The notes beneath the pieces are model-generated. The model made no database searches. It was not told where the DNA came from and saw nothing but the letters and a program-made list of their open reading frames with translations. A program made the translations under genes and the position numbers. Positions 11,047 through 22,954 of a stretch of 64,000 bases of DNA are shown piece by piece. Origin of the DNA: Marsupella aquatica (lineage: Eukaryota > Plantae > Marchantiophyta); NCBI GenBank assembly GCA_973895155.1, contig OZ316896.1:10551525-10615524 (forward strand). Reading direction: 5' to 3'. Position 1 is the stretch's first letter; each line of letters begins with the position of its first letter.

Positions 11047-11445
11047 CTACTTCTTCAAATTCGGGTCCAGTTCGGCTTCCAGTCTCTCTAATCTCATACC
11101 TCCATAAACTGGGATCTCGGCTGGACTAGCCGAGTCGGTCCCTTCCTTGGTGTCCATAGATTGTCCCCTTACCGGTCTATTCGGTTTTGAATTAGTGGTC
11201 GGCTCCCCTTCCTGCCTTGGCTCTAGATCGTGTCTGTCCATCTCATCCACCTCTTGCTCCTGAGAGTTAGGCCGCTGTGCTCTCTCGGCTTCTAATAGGG
11301 CCTCAATTTGTTCTGCCCTCGTAATCGGCTTGTATGCCGATCCCTTGGTATTTAATTCCTTGCCGATGATCGATGGCATTGTGGACCCCGTCGGCTCTGC
11401 CACAACGCCTGCAGAAAATCCACTGTCCCTGCTACTGCTCCCCAC
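11047..11445 (-). CDS. PR-RT linker in the pol frame, separated from pol by a single TAG
   Basis: Same frame as 8179-11040 (405-nt offset) and -1 relative to gag. Reads LKK*INMIQ across TAG 11047-11049. Confidence 0.7.
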   Translation of the reverse strand: MGSSSRDSGFSAGVVAEPTGSTMPSIIGKELNTKGSAYKPITRAEQIEALLEAERAQRPNSQEQEVDEMDRHDLEPRQEGEPTTNSKPNRPVRGQSMDTKEGTDSASPAEIPVYGGMRLERLEAELDPNLKK

Positions 11446-14345
11446 TTAGCCGTTTCATCCAATTGGTCTACATCCTTTACTTCCTCCGGAATTGCAGCTA
11501 AAAAGGTGGATTCTATTGTAAAGCAGTCCTCGACCTCTTCGTCTTCTTCTTCCAAGTCACCTTCCATTGGTTCTTGCCATAATCCGCTGGGGGGTACCTC
11601 TGGTCCAAAGACACCTTCTTCGGTTAGGTTAGTGAGGCATTCTAACCAACGTACTTCATCGGCTGACTCCAGTCCACTGTCGTACCCATCTACTTCCCTT
11701 ATGCTTTTCCTACGGTCATCCTTAGTGTCCCAGGATACCGTGATAGAGGGGGTCCCGAAAGTGAACTGCTTTTTACCCCAATCTTCTATTACCTCGGCTA
11801 GGTACAGCCATGGCCTACCAATCAATAGCCGGAATGACGTAGGATTTACCGGCTTCATTACTACATAGTTAATGCTAAAGAAGATACCTCCTATCTCTGT
11901 CTTGATGCCGGTTAACACTCCCGTCGGAATGACCTGATATCCATTGGCCATGTTCAACACTCTTCCAGTCATCTCCGGTGTTAGACCCCACCCTTTTGCT
12001 GTTGAATCAATCATAATACATACCCCTGATCCTCCATCGATGGGTACCCGTAGTAATAATTCTCCTTGAATCATTAATGGTAATGCTGGGGCTCCTTGAT
12101 CTTCTTCTATCATTAGTACGTCGGATCTGGTTGCTACCTTGGGTAATCTCGGCTTGCCGAGAATAGCCTTCCTTAATTGCTTCCGGAAGTACGGGCTATT
12201 TTTCAATAGTTGACCTACTGTTGCCGAGACTCTAGATTCTAGTACATCTTTAGCCAGGTCATAGGGAACAATCGGCTTCTCTTCTGGTGGTGTTTCCGTC
12301 TTGGATTCGGCCAGTTTTGCCATGCTAGTCTCCACAGCTGTTGGGTCTTCCGAAGCAAACAATGCTTTTGCTCGTTTTACATCCTTGGCAATGGCTTCGG
12401 TATTCTCCAGGGTTTCTAATTCTCTTAGTTGTTCCTTAACACTAGCCGTAATAGAGGGGTAGAACAACTTAGGATGATCTCGATTGAAGTCGCTATCTTG
12501 TGAAGGATTGGTTTCACTGGTGGGCTCATGGCTTACCTGTATTGCCGGAGCCCTCCCTTCTCCTTCTGTTGATGTTGACGAAGAGTCGATCCTTTCCTCC
12601 GTAACCTTCCCTTTATTTTTGGCCAGCCCATCCCACCTTTCCTTCCTTCTGGTAGATCGAGTAGAGACCCGGTAGCAATCATGATCTAAATCCTCCTCTG
12701 AGAAGGTTGATAGGGCTTCGGCCTCATCCTCAGATGGTACGAACTCTGCCTCGGCATCCTCTTGCCATCCTAGTTCGATGTGGTTGATTTGAACTCCTCC
12801 GGGGGTAGTACCTGGCGGTAAGATCTTGATAGGCAAAAGCTTATGATTTGCGGCCAGGCCTGCCAACCAAGTAGGACATTGCCCTAGCATATGACCTTCC
12901 TGTCGGCATCCCATACATAGCTGAGCTGGTTGTCCATCACCCTGTTTGCGTGCATTCGGGCATTCTCTAGCAAAATGGTCAGGTTGACCACAATTATAGC
13001 ACGCCGCAAATCTTTGCACATTCGGCCTAGGAGGTACTGACGGGTTCTGAATAATCCGAGGATACATCTCTCCTGGATTGTTCCTTAACCCTGACCACAG
13101 AGATGCAGGTCTGTTGGATAGGTCTCGTGCTCCAGTCTCACTGATGCCGAAAACACTATCAGCGGCATCTCCCAAAAAGTACTCTACTTCTCCCTGACAT
13201 GGTCTGATCTCGGCCACATGCCGAACATGATTAGTATTAAGCTTAGGACACGCATCTTTATGGTGTCCGGTTTTATAACATAAGGCACACCATACAGAGC
13301 TATCCTCCTGTACTACCTTCTTCTTTGGTTTTACCTCTGCAATGATAGCCTTAAGTTGCTCGGTAAGGGCTACGATGTTATCTGGTGGCTTAGCCTCCAT
13401 CTTGACTTTCGTCTTCCCTCTCCTTCTGTCCTTCCTTTTCCTAGTTTTTTCTTCTTCAGAACTCGAAGATGACTCACTCTTGCTACTCCCACTATTCGAG
13501 CTTGACTTATCACTTCTAGACTTCTTGGGATGTTTCTTCTTCTTATCTTTTTTCTTATGGGGTGATCCCTCCTCTGATGAGGAACTCTCAGACTTAAGCT
13601 GTTTCTTCCGGCTTGTGATATCTGCATTAATGTATAATTGAATATCCTTAATTGCTTCGGCTAAAGTCTCCGGGTTCTCCTTCCTAATTGCAAAACTCAT
13701 CTTCTGTGGCAAAGCATTCACCAACCATTGAAGTTGCATACCTTCAGATGCATTGGTCTTTGTACGTCTTACCAGTTTCTGAAAGCGTTGCAAGAACTTC
13801 CTGAAGGATTTGTTCTCCTTGAACCGAAGTTGTCCCAACTTCAGCACTGCTAGTTCTGAAGTTCCAATGGGTCGAAACTCCTTAACAAAGAGTGTTTTGA
13901 AGATATCCCAGATGGCTTGATCTTCCATATCTAATGCTCTGTACCAAGGCCTAGCCTCACCCTTGAACAGGCCGGGAAGAATCTGCATCTTGATGGCCGA
14001 TTCTCCATTTGCTGCAGCGGTTCCCTCGAAATCGTCCAACCATTCGTCCGGATCCTCATCTCCTCTCCCATGAAATGTCTTGTAATGTATGCGCGACCGC
14101 TGGCTCAATCTGGTCCCTGGCCTCTCGTCTGGCCGTGCCTCTGGTTCCCCCATGTCGGTTGGAGACTCACTTCTCCTTACCGACTCTTCTTCTGGTATGT
14201 CTTCTTCGACGCCACTTCCAATTTCGGAGCTACCAGCTCTTTCTGCCCCTCTCAGTCGCTGTGTATCATGCCACCCGGCGAGCTGCTGCAGTCGAGCTCT
14301 CTCCCGTTGAATCACTCTTTCTTCCCTCGGCGTAAGGTCAGTCAT
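11352..14345 (-). CDS. gag: Gag-protease polyprotein, 997 aa
   Basis: Retrotransposon gag core (FHGRGDEDPDEWL..ARPWY). Three CX2CX4HX4C knuckles (CALCYKTGHHKDAC, CYNCGQPDHFAREC, CMGCRQEGHMLGQC). Aspartic protease IDGGSG..LLIGRPWL. Confidence 0.95.
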   Translation of the reverse strand: MTDLTPREERVIQRERARLQQLAGWHDTQRLRGAERAGSSEIGSGVEEDIPEEESVRRSESPTDMGEPEARPDERPGTRLSQRSRIHYKTFHGRGDEDPDEWLDDFEGTAAANGESAIKMQILPGLFKGEARPWYRALDMEDQAIWDIFKTLFVKEFRPIGTSELAVLKLGQLRFKENKSFRKFLQRFQKLVRRTKTNASEGMQLQWLVNALPQKMSFAIRKENPETLAEAIKDIQLYINADITSRKKQLKSESSSSEEGSPHKKKDKKKKHPKKSRSDKSSSNSGSSKSESSSSSEEEKTRKRKDRRRGKTKVKMEAKPPDNIVALTEQLKAIIAEVKPKKKVVQEDSSVWCALCYKTGHHKDACPKLNTNHVRHVAEIRPCQGEVEYFLGDAADSVFGISETGARDLSNRPASLWSGLRNNPGEMYPRIIQNPSVPPRPNVQRFAACYNCGQPDHFARECPNARKQGDGQPAQLCMGCRQEGHMLGQCPTWLAGLAANHKLLPIKILPPGTTPGGVQINHIELGWQEDAEAEFVPSEDEAEALSTFSEEDLDHDCYRVSTRSTRRKERWDGLAKNKGKVTEERIDSSSTSTEGEGRAPAIQVSHEPTSETNPSQDSDFNRDHPKLFYPSITASVKEQLRELETLENTEAIAKDVKRAKALFASEDPTAVETSMAKLAESKTETPPEEKPIVPYDLAKDVLESRVSATVGQLLKNSPYFRKQLRKAILGKPRLPKVATRSDVLMIEEDQGAPALPLMIQGELLLRVPIDGGSGVCIMIDSTAKGWGLTPEMTGRVLNMANGYQVIPTGVLTGIKTEIGGIFFSINYVVMKPVNPTSFRLLIGRPWLYLAEVIEDWGKKQFTFGTPSITVSWDTKDDRRKSIREVDGYDSGLESADEVRWLECLTNLTEEGVFGPEVPPSGLWQEPMEGDLEEEDEEVEDCFTIESTFLAAIPEEVKDVDQLDETAKWGAVAGTVDFLQALWQSRRGPQCHRSSARN
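11362..11421 (-). promoter_or_regulatory. Putative -1 programmed ribosomal frameshift: G GAU UUU plus H-type pseudoknot
   Basis: Slippery heptamer 11421-11415 in the correct phase, 5-nt spacer, 10-bp stem GGCGUUGUGG/CCACAAUGCC, and loop GCCGA complementary to downstream UCGGC. Confidence 0.75.
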
Positions 14346-14390
14346 TACCTACGCTTCCGTTCTAACTTCATATCTCACGGCTTAAGAAAT

Positions 14391-14410
14391 GCCCCCTCCA
14401 TCTAGCGCCA
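14391..14410 (-). promoter_or_regulatory. Primer binding site
   Basis: Minus strand TGGCGCTAGATGGAGGGGGC, after a TTTT spacer following the 5' LTR; not a tRNA-Met type PBS. Confidence 0.8.
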
Positions 14411-15335
14411 AAAATGTGGTGCGTCCCATGGCTCCCTAAACCCAAGAAACCCCCCAACTCAAGCCGATTCCCGCAGGTTTCGTGCTTGGTGAGGCCGTTT
14501 CCGCGGCTTAGCGGCATGGGACGCTGCTAACCTTCTACTACTACTATTAACATTTTACACACATATACTGGACAGATCCTTCATCGGGTCATGAGATACG
14601 TAGCCGGCCTAATATAGGCCTTCCCCTGTCTTCCCCTGTCTTCCCCTCCGTCTTGTTAGGTATGTTTGGATTCCGCCGCCGGAATGATCCCCAATAGGCT
14701 TGGTTAAGCCGCTAAGACCTCTCTCAGCTCGACACATCCAACTCTCACTCCCCTGCTTACTTTCCTTCCTTCTGTTGATGTGGGCACTCTTCACACAAGT
14801 TAATGCGACACACAAATAGCAAAATGACTCATTCTGACTGAGTCATACCATGCACTTGCCATACAAACAGTACATCTCATACACAAGTTCTGTGAACTAA
14901 GCCGTGAGGCCAACTCTATTCAGCTCTTAGGCATGAGGAAACATGAATATATACAAGGGTCACTGTATGACTAACCGAGAGCTTCTCGTACTACTTGATC
15001 CCAGCCCGGCTGGTGCAAACTAAAAACTTGCTAAAGAAGAGGCCCTGAGCTCCCCGCTGCCCAGGTACTTATCCTGGTAGTGGATCCGCCATTCTTTGCA
15101 TCGTAAGCCTAATCTACTTAACAGTAATCTACTTGCCCGAATCTACCTATGTACAGCAAGGCAGGAGCACAAGTGTTGCTCCTACCAGTGGGACCACAAT
15201 CCCACTAAGCTAAGTGTCAGGACCGCTCCTGGTTCTGATCCTAATCCTAAACGTGGAGATCCGCGCCCGCCCTGCCCACTCACGCCTCCTCCCTCCACGT
15301 CCGCCCTCCCTAAAAGGAACGGCGCCCTTGCACCA

Positions 15336-18300
15336 TCACGACACCGGTGGTGGATCCTTAATGGACGCCCCCAACGCTTCCTCCTCAGCCACTGCCGTTG
15401 GCCCGCCTACTGACAGATTACCTGCCCTTGACTGAGTCAACTCTCCATCGGCCTGACTGGGTCCACCTTCGGCTTCAGCCTCGACACCGGCCTCGGCAAT
15501 ACCCACGGCTTCGGCCTCAGCCACTCCCATGGCTTCGGCCTCCCCTTCCCCTAGGGTAGTTGGATCCTTAGCCGTGACCCTGTCTAGGGTCGGTGCTGGG
15601 TCTACCTCCTTGATCACCACGGCCTGTGAAGTCGTATTACTCCTTGACCCTGAAGGTTTCCGCTTCTTCTTCGTTGGTGGCTCGGCAGCTGGTCCCTTCC
15701 CCTTCCCACTTACTTCTGGCACTGGTGCAGTTGGCGCGGCTTGTCCTTCGGCAATTACCACCCCTGGTAACTGGTTTGTCCCAACGGGAGATGGACCTGC
15801 TGCAGCTAAGCATTTAAATACTGCGGCTTGTTTCTTCAGCCGCTCTGTTTGGTTGTCGGCCCGCCGCTGTAGGTTCTCCATCTTCCTCGTGATTTCCTCC
15901 AACTCCTCTTGGGTTTCATCCAGGTCCTTACGTGCCCCCTCCAGCTCGTTTTTGGCCTCCTCCTGCTCCCTGTGGGCTTCCTCCAATTCCTTCTTCAAGG
16001 TAGCCCTCTCCTCCTGGGTTGCTCTTAGCTCCTTGTCAAGCTCTGCAATGATGACAGACTCCATCTGGTTCATCTTGGCGTAAGTCTGTTCGAGCATCTC
16101 GTCCTTCTCCCTTAGGTCGGCCTTGAAGCTGGCCGTCAGGGACGCAAGCTCCTGCTGCAGCGCCATAATCCCTTGATAGGATTTCCCTAACTCGACCTCC
16201 TTCTGCTCAAGGGCTCCGCGGATTTTCTCGAGCTCCCCTTTCAACGCCCATTCCTTTCTTTGGGTCTCCGCCATGGCCCGGCTATTGGCTGTTATGTGGG
16301 CCTCCTCTGTATTCTTCAGCTCTTGCTTCCACTTCTCCCTCTCTTTGATCATGTCGGCCAACTCTTCCTGCGTCTGAGTCAATTTATCCTTGATATTCTG
16401 ATTATCAGCCTGCGCGGTGTCCAACTGCCCCTGCATGATGTTCAACTCATGTCGTTTAATCCGCAGTTCATCTTGGGCTTTCTTGGCCGCCCTTAGATCT
16501 TCAATCTCGGCTTCCATCCTCCTAAGCTGCCGAATGACCTCGTCCTTCTTGCTTCTCTCTAAAGCCACCGCTTCTTCTAATTGGTGCTTCTCCAACTGCT
16601 CCCTATGGAAAAAGGGTCCTATCTCCAACTCCTCTCCAAAGATGCCGAGCGCAAGTTCCCCACACATCTCACCATACTCCATGGCTCTATTCTTAGCGTA
16701 GGTGGAGTAAGTAGAAGTGATCGGCATCGCCCATCGTGGCCTCTGCTCCCAAGCCGTCCTGCGGATCTCTTCAATCGTGGCTAGAGGTTTGCTTCCTTTT
16801 TCGGCTAGCCGCCTGATGTCCTCCGGCCAATCTCCTCCTGGTAAATCCTTTTCCTTAGCCAGGGCGGCCTCTTCCTCCTGCTTGATTCGCTCCTGAAATT
16901 CCTGCACCGTCTGTTTTATGCCGTCGAAGCTTGGGGGAGCAACATCTGGTGGGGGAGACTCAGGGCTACTCTACTGGTTGGGGTCCCCTCGCACTACCCT
17001 TGGAAGTGTGGGGACAAACCGGCCACAGGTCCTTACTCCTGGAACGTGATGGTCCGACCCATAGCCGGAATTATCATGGCTGCAGTCCTCCACTGCCTCC
17101 TCTACCTCTTGGACGTCCGGCTTCTCCCTCTCCTCTTCGTCGGTAGGAGCTTCAGGCAATTCTGCCTCAGATTCGGAGCTTGAGGTTCCCACGTACATTC
17201 GAACACCTGGCTTGGATTCCGGCCTGATTCTCTCCTTGTCTCCAGCAAAGGGGTTTTCTCTTGTGAGCCGGTGTAGGCCTACCTCTGTAGTAGTGTCCTG
17301 CATTGTTGTCGTTGCCGTTGTTGTTGCCGATGCCGATTTCTTTTCTTTCTCCAGTAGTTTCAGCAGACTCTGCATGCCTGGTTGCTGCATCGGCAAGTCT
17401 TCCTTCCTGGGCCTAAACACCTGCTCGATCGTAGGACTAACAGGTGGTTGAGGCTTCTTAGCCAACGGCCTCGGCGTTGGAGCTTCCTCCGGTGCCCTTA
17501 CCTGCAGGGGAAGTACCGGGGCAAAAGTCTGACCTCTGGCATACCGGCACAACAGCGGCATGTGATAGCCAAGCCGCGACACGCTCCCCATGCCGATTAC
17601 CTGCTGCTCCTCCTTTAAGATCTTCTTCAATTGGTTGAGGAGGTACCCGTTGTAGTCCCGGCTTGGGTCTGGCCTTTCTGCCAGATAGACCTGTGCCTTG
17701 CCGATCTCTGCCCTCGGCAAGTTACAATGCATGGTCACCCGTAAGAAGTCGATCATCTCTCCTATGTGCGGGTTGGTGCAGGTGTTCCGGAAGAAGCCAT
17801 TCTTCGTTGATGGCCCGGGGAACAACCGGAACTCCTTGTCAGGCAGGGTCTTCCTGGTATCAACTTTGGTCTTATTGCCTATCGGCAAGCCAAACACTTC
17901 GGCAATTACCTTGGGAGTAAGATAGAAATCCTTCCCATATATCCTCGTGCAATTGGTCTCGGGTTCCCATGACCCCACGAATTCTAATAGGTCTGACTCC
18001 GGTACCTCCGGCTTCAGCCATGGTAATCTTACAAAGGCCTCCAAGCCAGATCCGACCATGAAGCCTTGGTACTTCTTGGTCTGCATGGCCGTAAAGCATG
18101 CATCCTCCTCCCGTGCAAAATGTAGTTGCACCTCCACCAGTAGGGTTGCCGCCCAGCCCTTCCAGGTGTCATCCCTGGTTGGAATGGCCTTGATGGGATC
18201 GACCTCCTCCTCTTCGGCTTCTCCCTGCCTCCTGCTCTGCTGCTCGGCTGGCCTCTTTGGTGCCGCCGACCTCGTTCTTTTTGCCGGGGTGGCTTCATCG

Positions 18301-18353
18301 TTGACGGCCCCCTTCCTCTTCATCTCTGCTGCCGTGGAGGTTTCTCCTAGCAC
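15336..18353 (-). pseudogene. 5'-LTR copy of ORF-B with one nonsense change
   Basis: CAG>TAG at 16971-16973 splits it into 460- and 523-aa pieces. Confidence 0.85.
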
Positions 18354-18978
18354 CGTTGCCTGGGTCCACCTTTCCGTGCTTTATACCCTTTAATTCCCAG
18401 TGTATGTCGTTGCAGTTCTTGATGGCCTCTCGGATGCCGACGATGCTGTCTTTGCAAAACAGAAGATCATCGAGTTGATTGGAAGTAGGCGTCCACAGGA
18501 ACTCGTCCTTGATGAGTTCGCCTCCTAAGAAAGCCGTCTTGTGCAGCTCCCACAATCGAGCGAGCTCCTGCCGTTCTCGAGCTGCCCTTTCTGACTCCTC
18601 GTCCTCGTAAGTCTTGATGTACTCAGTTGCCCGTTCGAATAGGCATCCCCAGAAATGTGCCGCTTGATTGACGTTGCTCATACCCTCCTTAGGTCGATCG
18701 TCGGTATCAATTCTCTCCCCGAGTGCTTGCCTAAGCAGCTGACAGTAGTTGGCCTCCCGTAGTCGTCTGCCTAGTTCGTGCTCGCAAATGAGCCACCATC
18801 TCCTGCAAGCGCTCCTTACCCCTCTCCTCTGCCGGTCCTTCTTCCCGTTGATCCTTCCTAGCCGCCGACGCTTAACGCGCCCTAACCCTAATCGGGTTTT
18901 CACCCTCAGCCTTACCTCCGGCCTCTGCCCGGGTTCCATGGTTGCCCCTAATTGTTTAGATTTTCCTTGTTTTGTCAC
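18295..18978 (-). CDS. 5'-LTR copy of ORF-A
   Basis: Near-identical to 7431-8114. Confidence 0.65.
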   Translation of the reverse strand: MTKQGKSKQLGATMEPGQRPEVRLRVKTRLGLGRVKRRRLGRINGKKDRQRRGVRSACRRWWLICEHELGRRLREANYCQLLRQALGERIDTDDRPKEGMSNVNQAAHFWGCLFERATEYIKTYEDEESERAARERQELARLWELHKTAFLGGELIKDEFLWTPTSNQLDDLLFCKDSIVGIREAIKNCNDIHWELKGIKHGKVDPGNGARRNLHGSRDEEEGGRQR

Positions 18979-21059
18979 TATACTAAGGTGTTCCTAGGGT
19001 GCCTTCCTGCTTTACCCACTTAACCGCCCGAGTGATTCCTGTCTAGGCATCACACTTCCAATGTAAACCGTTCAGGTATGATTTATGTGACATTGTGTAC
19101 AGTGATAGTGGCTCTGCTTATTGACTCCTTCACATTCTTCCTGCAAGTTATTTAAGCTGAACTGATCTGAACAATAGAGATCAAGCATGCTTAGCTTAAC
19201 TAAACTGTGGTTGAATAGCGACAGGGCGCTGCCAGGCAAGAGCTTGGGTTGCGACTTGCAACTAGGAGCCAAGACAAGCTGCTGCTTTAGAACTGGACCG
19301 AGAGCTGGACCTGCAACCTGGGGGGGAGCTACGATCATGCGGAGCTGAGTCAATGCATGCATGAGGTAATCACGTGTTGCGTCCACATTCTTGCTCCAAT
19401 CATATATGTGTCTATTCACTAATGTCTTCAGAATAAAGTCAGGGCTTATACTAGTGCCATATATGATTGCAACGTAACCTCTCTCTCACTCTCACAACAT
19501 GTCATGGCAGAAGTGGGCTTTCACAAAATTTGCAAGAATTGACTATATTAAGTGGAAGGAAGAGACACTTTGTCCATGCTGCAGTTGCATCCACATAGAC
19601 TCTAACTATGTCGGGATTGGATCCATGAAGCCCTGCATTGCCAATTCCATGTAGCCACATTGTAATGTAGAGTTTGATCTATGGTCACTGAGAGCTGAAA
19701 CTTGCTGATAGCTGTAGTCGTTGCGACCTTCTGAGAACAGGTGTTGTGCCATCAACGATGACTGCTCTTTGCTGGATTTGGTGAGGCGGGAGGTTCAGAA
19801 CGTGTTGTGGACAAGGGGCTGAGTGACTTTTGTCCAGCTGCGCTGAGCTGACTGGGTATGCTGAAGGTTTGATAAATCCAGAAGAGGTCAGTATGATCCC
19901 TAACCAATGTGAATTGAATATACGGAATGGGATATTTCCTCTAACTTTCAATGTTGCATTGTATGACATTAACCACCATGGGCCATTCTGACGTATTGAG
20001 TGTCTGAGTAATTCCTAGCTTCTAGTTGTGATGTCCGCATGAGCCCAAGTGAGGTCCAACTTGGAGCCTTAATAATATTGTTGTTGTGGGGCCAATACAG
20101 GAGGTTCCGTCTAGGACTTGTTGTACTGAAGCGAGCTCCTGCTCTGAGGTGCAACGTGAAGCTGAGCAATTTACATCTAGCTCAGCTCATGTATTGAAGT
20201 GAGCTCCTGCTTGGAGGTTCAGAGACAAGGTTTTGTGGAGCTAGGTGACTTTTGTCCAGCTGCGCTCAACTGAGTGACTGAGTATCTTGAACCTGGAATC
20301 TTGAGTGAAGATAGGCCAGCAATATTGCTAACTTCTTTTTTGCATACTATTATGGTTCCCAGAGAGGTCTGCTTATGAAAGACACATTTGAATTGGCTAC
20401 AACAAGGAATAGAAGAAGCCATTGCCTGGGTCTGTTGGAGTCTGTAAGGCAGAATAGGTAAATTTGGGCTCAAATCAGCCCTTCTCATCATAGAAGATTT
20501 CTTCTACTATAGATTCACATGACTTCCTCACCTCACTCCTGTCTGAACTCCTGAACTAGATGAAGTCCTGTCTGAATCTGAAGTTCAGATCGTCAATCTC
20601 AAATGGCAAGTTCTGAACTCCTGTCTGTTGAGCCTAATTATTTGTTTATTGCTGTAGTAACATGCATGGCCAATTGGTTTCTCTTCATGTAAAGGGAAGT
20701 TTCTGAAACTTACAAATTGAAATGGTGGTTTAAATTTTGTTAAGTGTTGAGAAATTTGCATTCACACTAACTAAATTCTTGTGTGATGCAGATATCTTTG
20801 CTATTGACAACCTTGAAAAATCATTTGATCACAGAAGTTTTCAGAACAAACACGGCAGAATTCAGGTTGAGGATTGGACATTGAGGCTCAAGACATTGAG
20901 GTAATAAACTGGTTGTGGTCCGGGTCACAATGTTAGCAAATGATGCTTCTTCAGGGGAACTGCCCATGTGTAGTTTGTTTTGCCATTTGAAGGGGGTCGT
21001 TCACTATATGCAATAGTAATAACTTTCTACATTTGTCTGTTTAATGTTCAGTCTTGGTA

Positions 21060-21732
21060 ATGGCTAGGGAGAAGAGGAAAGCCATAAAGAATGCCACTGA
21101 AACAAAAAAGTGAAAGCATAATGAGGCAATTGAGCAGGGACTTCATTGCTTGAAGATTGAACGTTGGTCAGACATTGAGAAGCGTCAGTGTAGTCCCCAA
21201 TTGTGTGCGATATGTGATTTCCGTGGAGATCTGGCCATGTGTGATGGGTCTTGCCATTGTCATTTTCACTATGTCAGCAGAATTGGTGACATTGTAGGCA
21301 GGTGTCCTGTAGTGGTTATTGCACCAGGCAAGGATGGTGAACCCTGGTTTTGTGTAGATTGCAAGAATAAGATACATAAGTGTTTCAAGTGTGGCGTGGT
21401 CTCTCCAGCGGTCAGACAGTGCCCTCAGCCATATTGTGTTCGTTTTTATTGTCATGAGTGCTTGCCACTTGATGTGGAATCTTGCCCCATGCATGCATGT
21501 ACAGCATGCAAGCAAGATCACAAAGACCCTCATATGGCAAAGGCAATTCAATGCTTGAGATGTCCCACCACCTGGCATGAGGGTTGCTTAAGAGAGAGTC
21601 AACGTCATGGTTTTGCAAGAACCCTGGCAGTACACTGCGCACCGGCAGCAGCAATGGATGATTTACTGCCTGAGGCATCCCATTGACCCTGTACTTGGCA
21701 CACCTGCCCATGATCATATCTCCTGGCTTTGA
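21060..21732 (+). pseudogene. EDM2/NSD-type tandem PHD finger protein (CACTA cargo)
   Basis: CAICDFRGDLAMCDGSCHCHFH..WFCVDCKNKIHKCFKCG..CPMHACTAC..CLRCPTTWHEGCL, then after a frameshift IYCLRHPIDPVLGTPAHDHI. One in-frame TGA at 21111. Confidence 0.85.
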
Positions 21733-22039
21733 TGTGGTGGAGTTTACCATGCGTTCACTTTAGGGGTTAGCCAAGTTTTGTCTTAGGCAGGATACCTGCA
21801 CATTTTAAACTAGTCAGGATTCCAAACTTGCCTATTGTATTATGGTTATTCCCACTGTGTACACGAATATCATGCATGTTTATGGATGTCATGGTGAATG
21901 TGAATGTGGCGATACCCAAGTTTGTTGTGTAGCTGTGCCAATCCTTGTATGAATTGCATATTTAGGCATTCTCATGGATCTGCAGGTGATATCAGGGGTG
22001 TCCACTTTTTCCTTCACACTGTCAAATGGCTGCCTACAC

Positions 22040-22954
22040 ATGGCTACCACCAGTAGGACACTGAAGAGGCTTGCCTCAGACCTTCCTCCTACACTGTTTG
22101 CTGGAGTTAGAGCAATTTTTGTTCCTCATACTAGGGGAGAGGACACGAATAGATGGGAGTTCATGAAAAGACAATTGGTTGAGAATGGAGGGATAGTGTT
22201 GAAACAAATCAGTAGAGACACCACACACATCATCGCTTATGATTGGTGTGATGTGATGCAGAAGTGGTTTTGGAGCACCATCAACTTTTATAGAGAGTCC
22301 TATGGTCTTAAGGTTGTTGATGCCTCTTGGATGTATGACTCTCTAGAATATAGCACCCTTCAGGACCCAACAGAGTATGGTATATGGTTGAACAAATGGG
22401 CCACCAAAGACATTTTTGCAGTTCAAAGCACAATATGATGATGCTTCACAGGGAACTAGGCAAGAGCTCTTAGAGCATCCTATGCCTATCATAAACCCCC
22501 ATGTGCGGGTCATATTTAGGGGGGTTAAGGTCATGTTTGTGGGTGTCGGGATTCCACTGGGAAGGTTGAGATGTTTCAAGCACAAAATTCTGCACAGGCA
22601 GGGTGAGGTGCATGAACGCCTCATAGATTCTACCACTCATGTGGTCACCCTATCCTATTCCAGACTTTGTCGTATGGTTGGAAAGACTTTAGTTTGGATG
22701 ATGGTTAATAGGGGCCTGCAAGTGGTTTCACCTGTATGGATGAAAGAGTCACTAATAGAGGCATTGTACTTGATGAAGCAGCCTTTGATCTGAATGAGGT
22801 GTGGCCTCAGAAGCCTAAGTACAAAAGACGTAAGAGCTGGGATGGAGGTGATGAACCATTAGTTAATGATGTACTCAGGGAGACAACCACAGAGTGGGAA
22901 ACCACGAGCGATGAGGACGAATACTCTTCTGACACTGGCAAATATAGTGATTAG
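22040..22954 (+). pseudogene. Tandem BRCT domain protein (CACTA cargo)
   Basis: Two repeats: LFAGV..NGG..TTHIIA..VVDASWMYDSL and IFRGVKVMFVGVG..RL..TTHVVT..VVSPVWMKESL; two frameshifts. Confidence 0.8.

Larger units (their letters stand above)
3551..19054 (-). mobile_element. Full-length Ty3/Gypsy (non-chromovirus) LTR retrotransposon, 15504 bp
   Basis: Two 4640-bp direct repeats at constant offset 10864, with TGTG..CACA ends. 5-bp TSD CTTCC at 3546-3550 and 19055-19059. PBS and PPT present; domain order gag-PR-RT-RH-IN; no chromodomain. Confidence 0.98.
14415..19054 (-). repeat. 5' LTR (4640 bp)
   Basis: Second copy of 3551-8190. Confidence 0.97.

Noticed and set aside
4232-18997. Many short plus-strand ORFs within the Gypsy element
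   Set aside because: Antisense shadows of GC-rich coding sequence, duplicated only because the LTRs are.
3551-19054. Segmental duplication or assembly artefact explaining the 4.6-kb repeat
   Set aside because: The copies differ by ~30 substitutions and are bounded exactly by TG..CA, TSD, PBS and PPT.
19072-20491. Minus-strand ORFs with Cys/His residues and an ~80-bp internal duplication (19790/20215)
   Set aside because: No recognisable domain; could be decayed CACTA cargo but cannot be supported.
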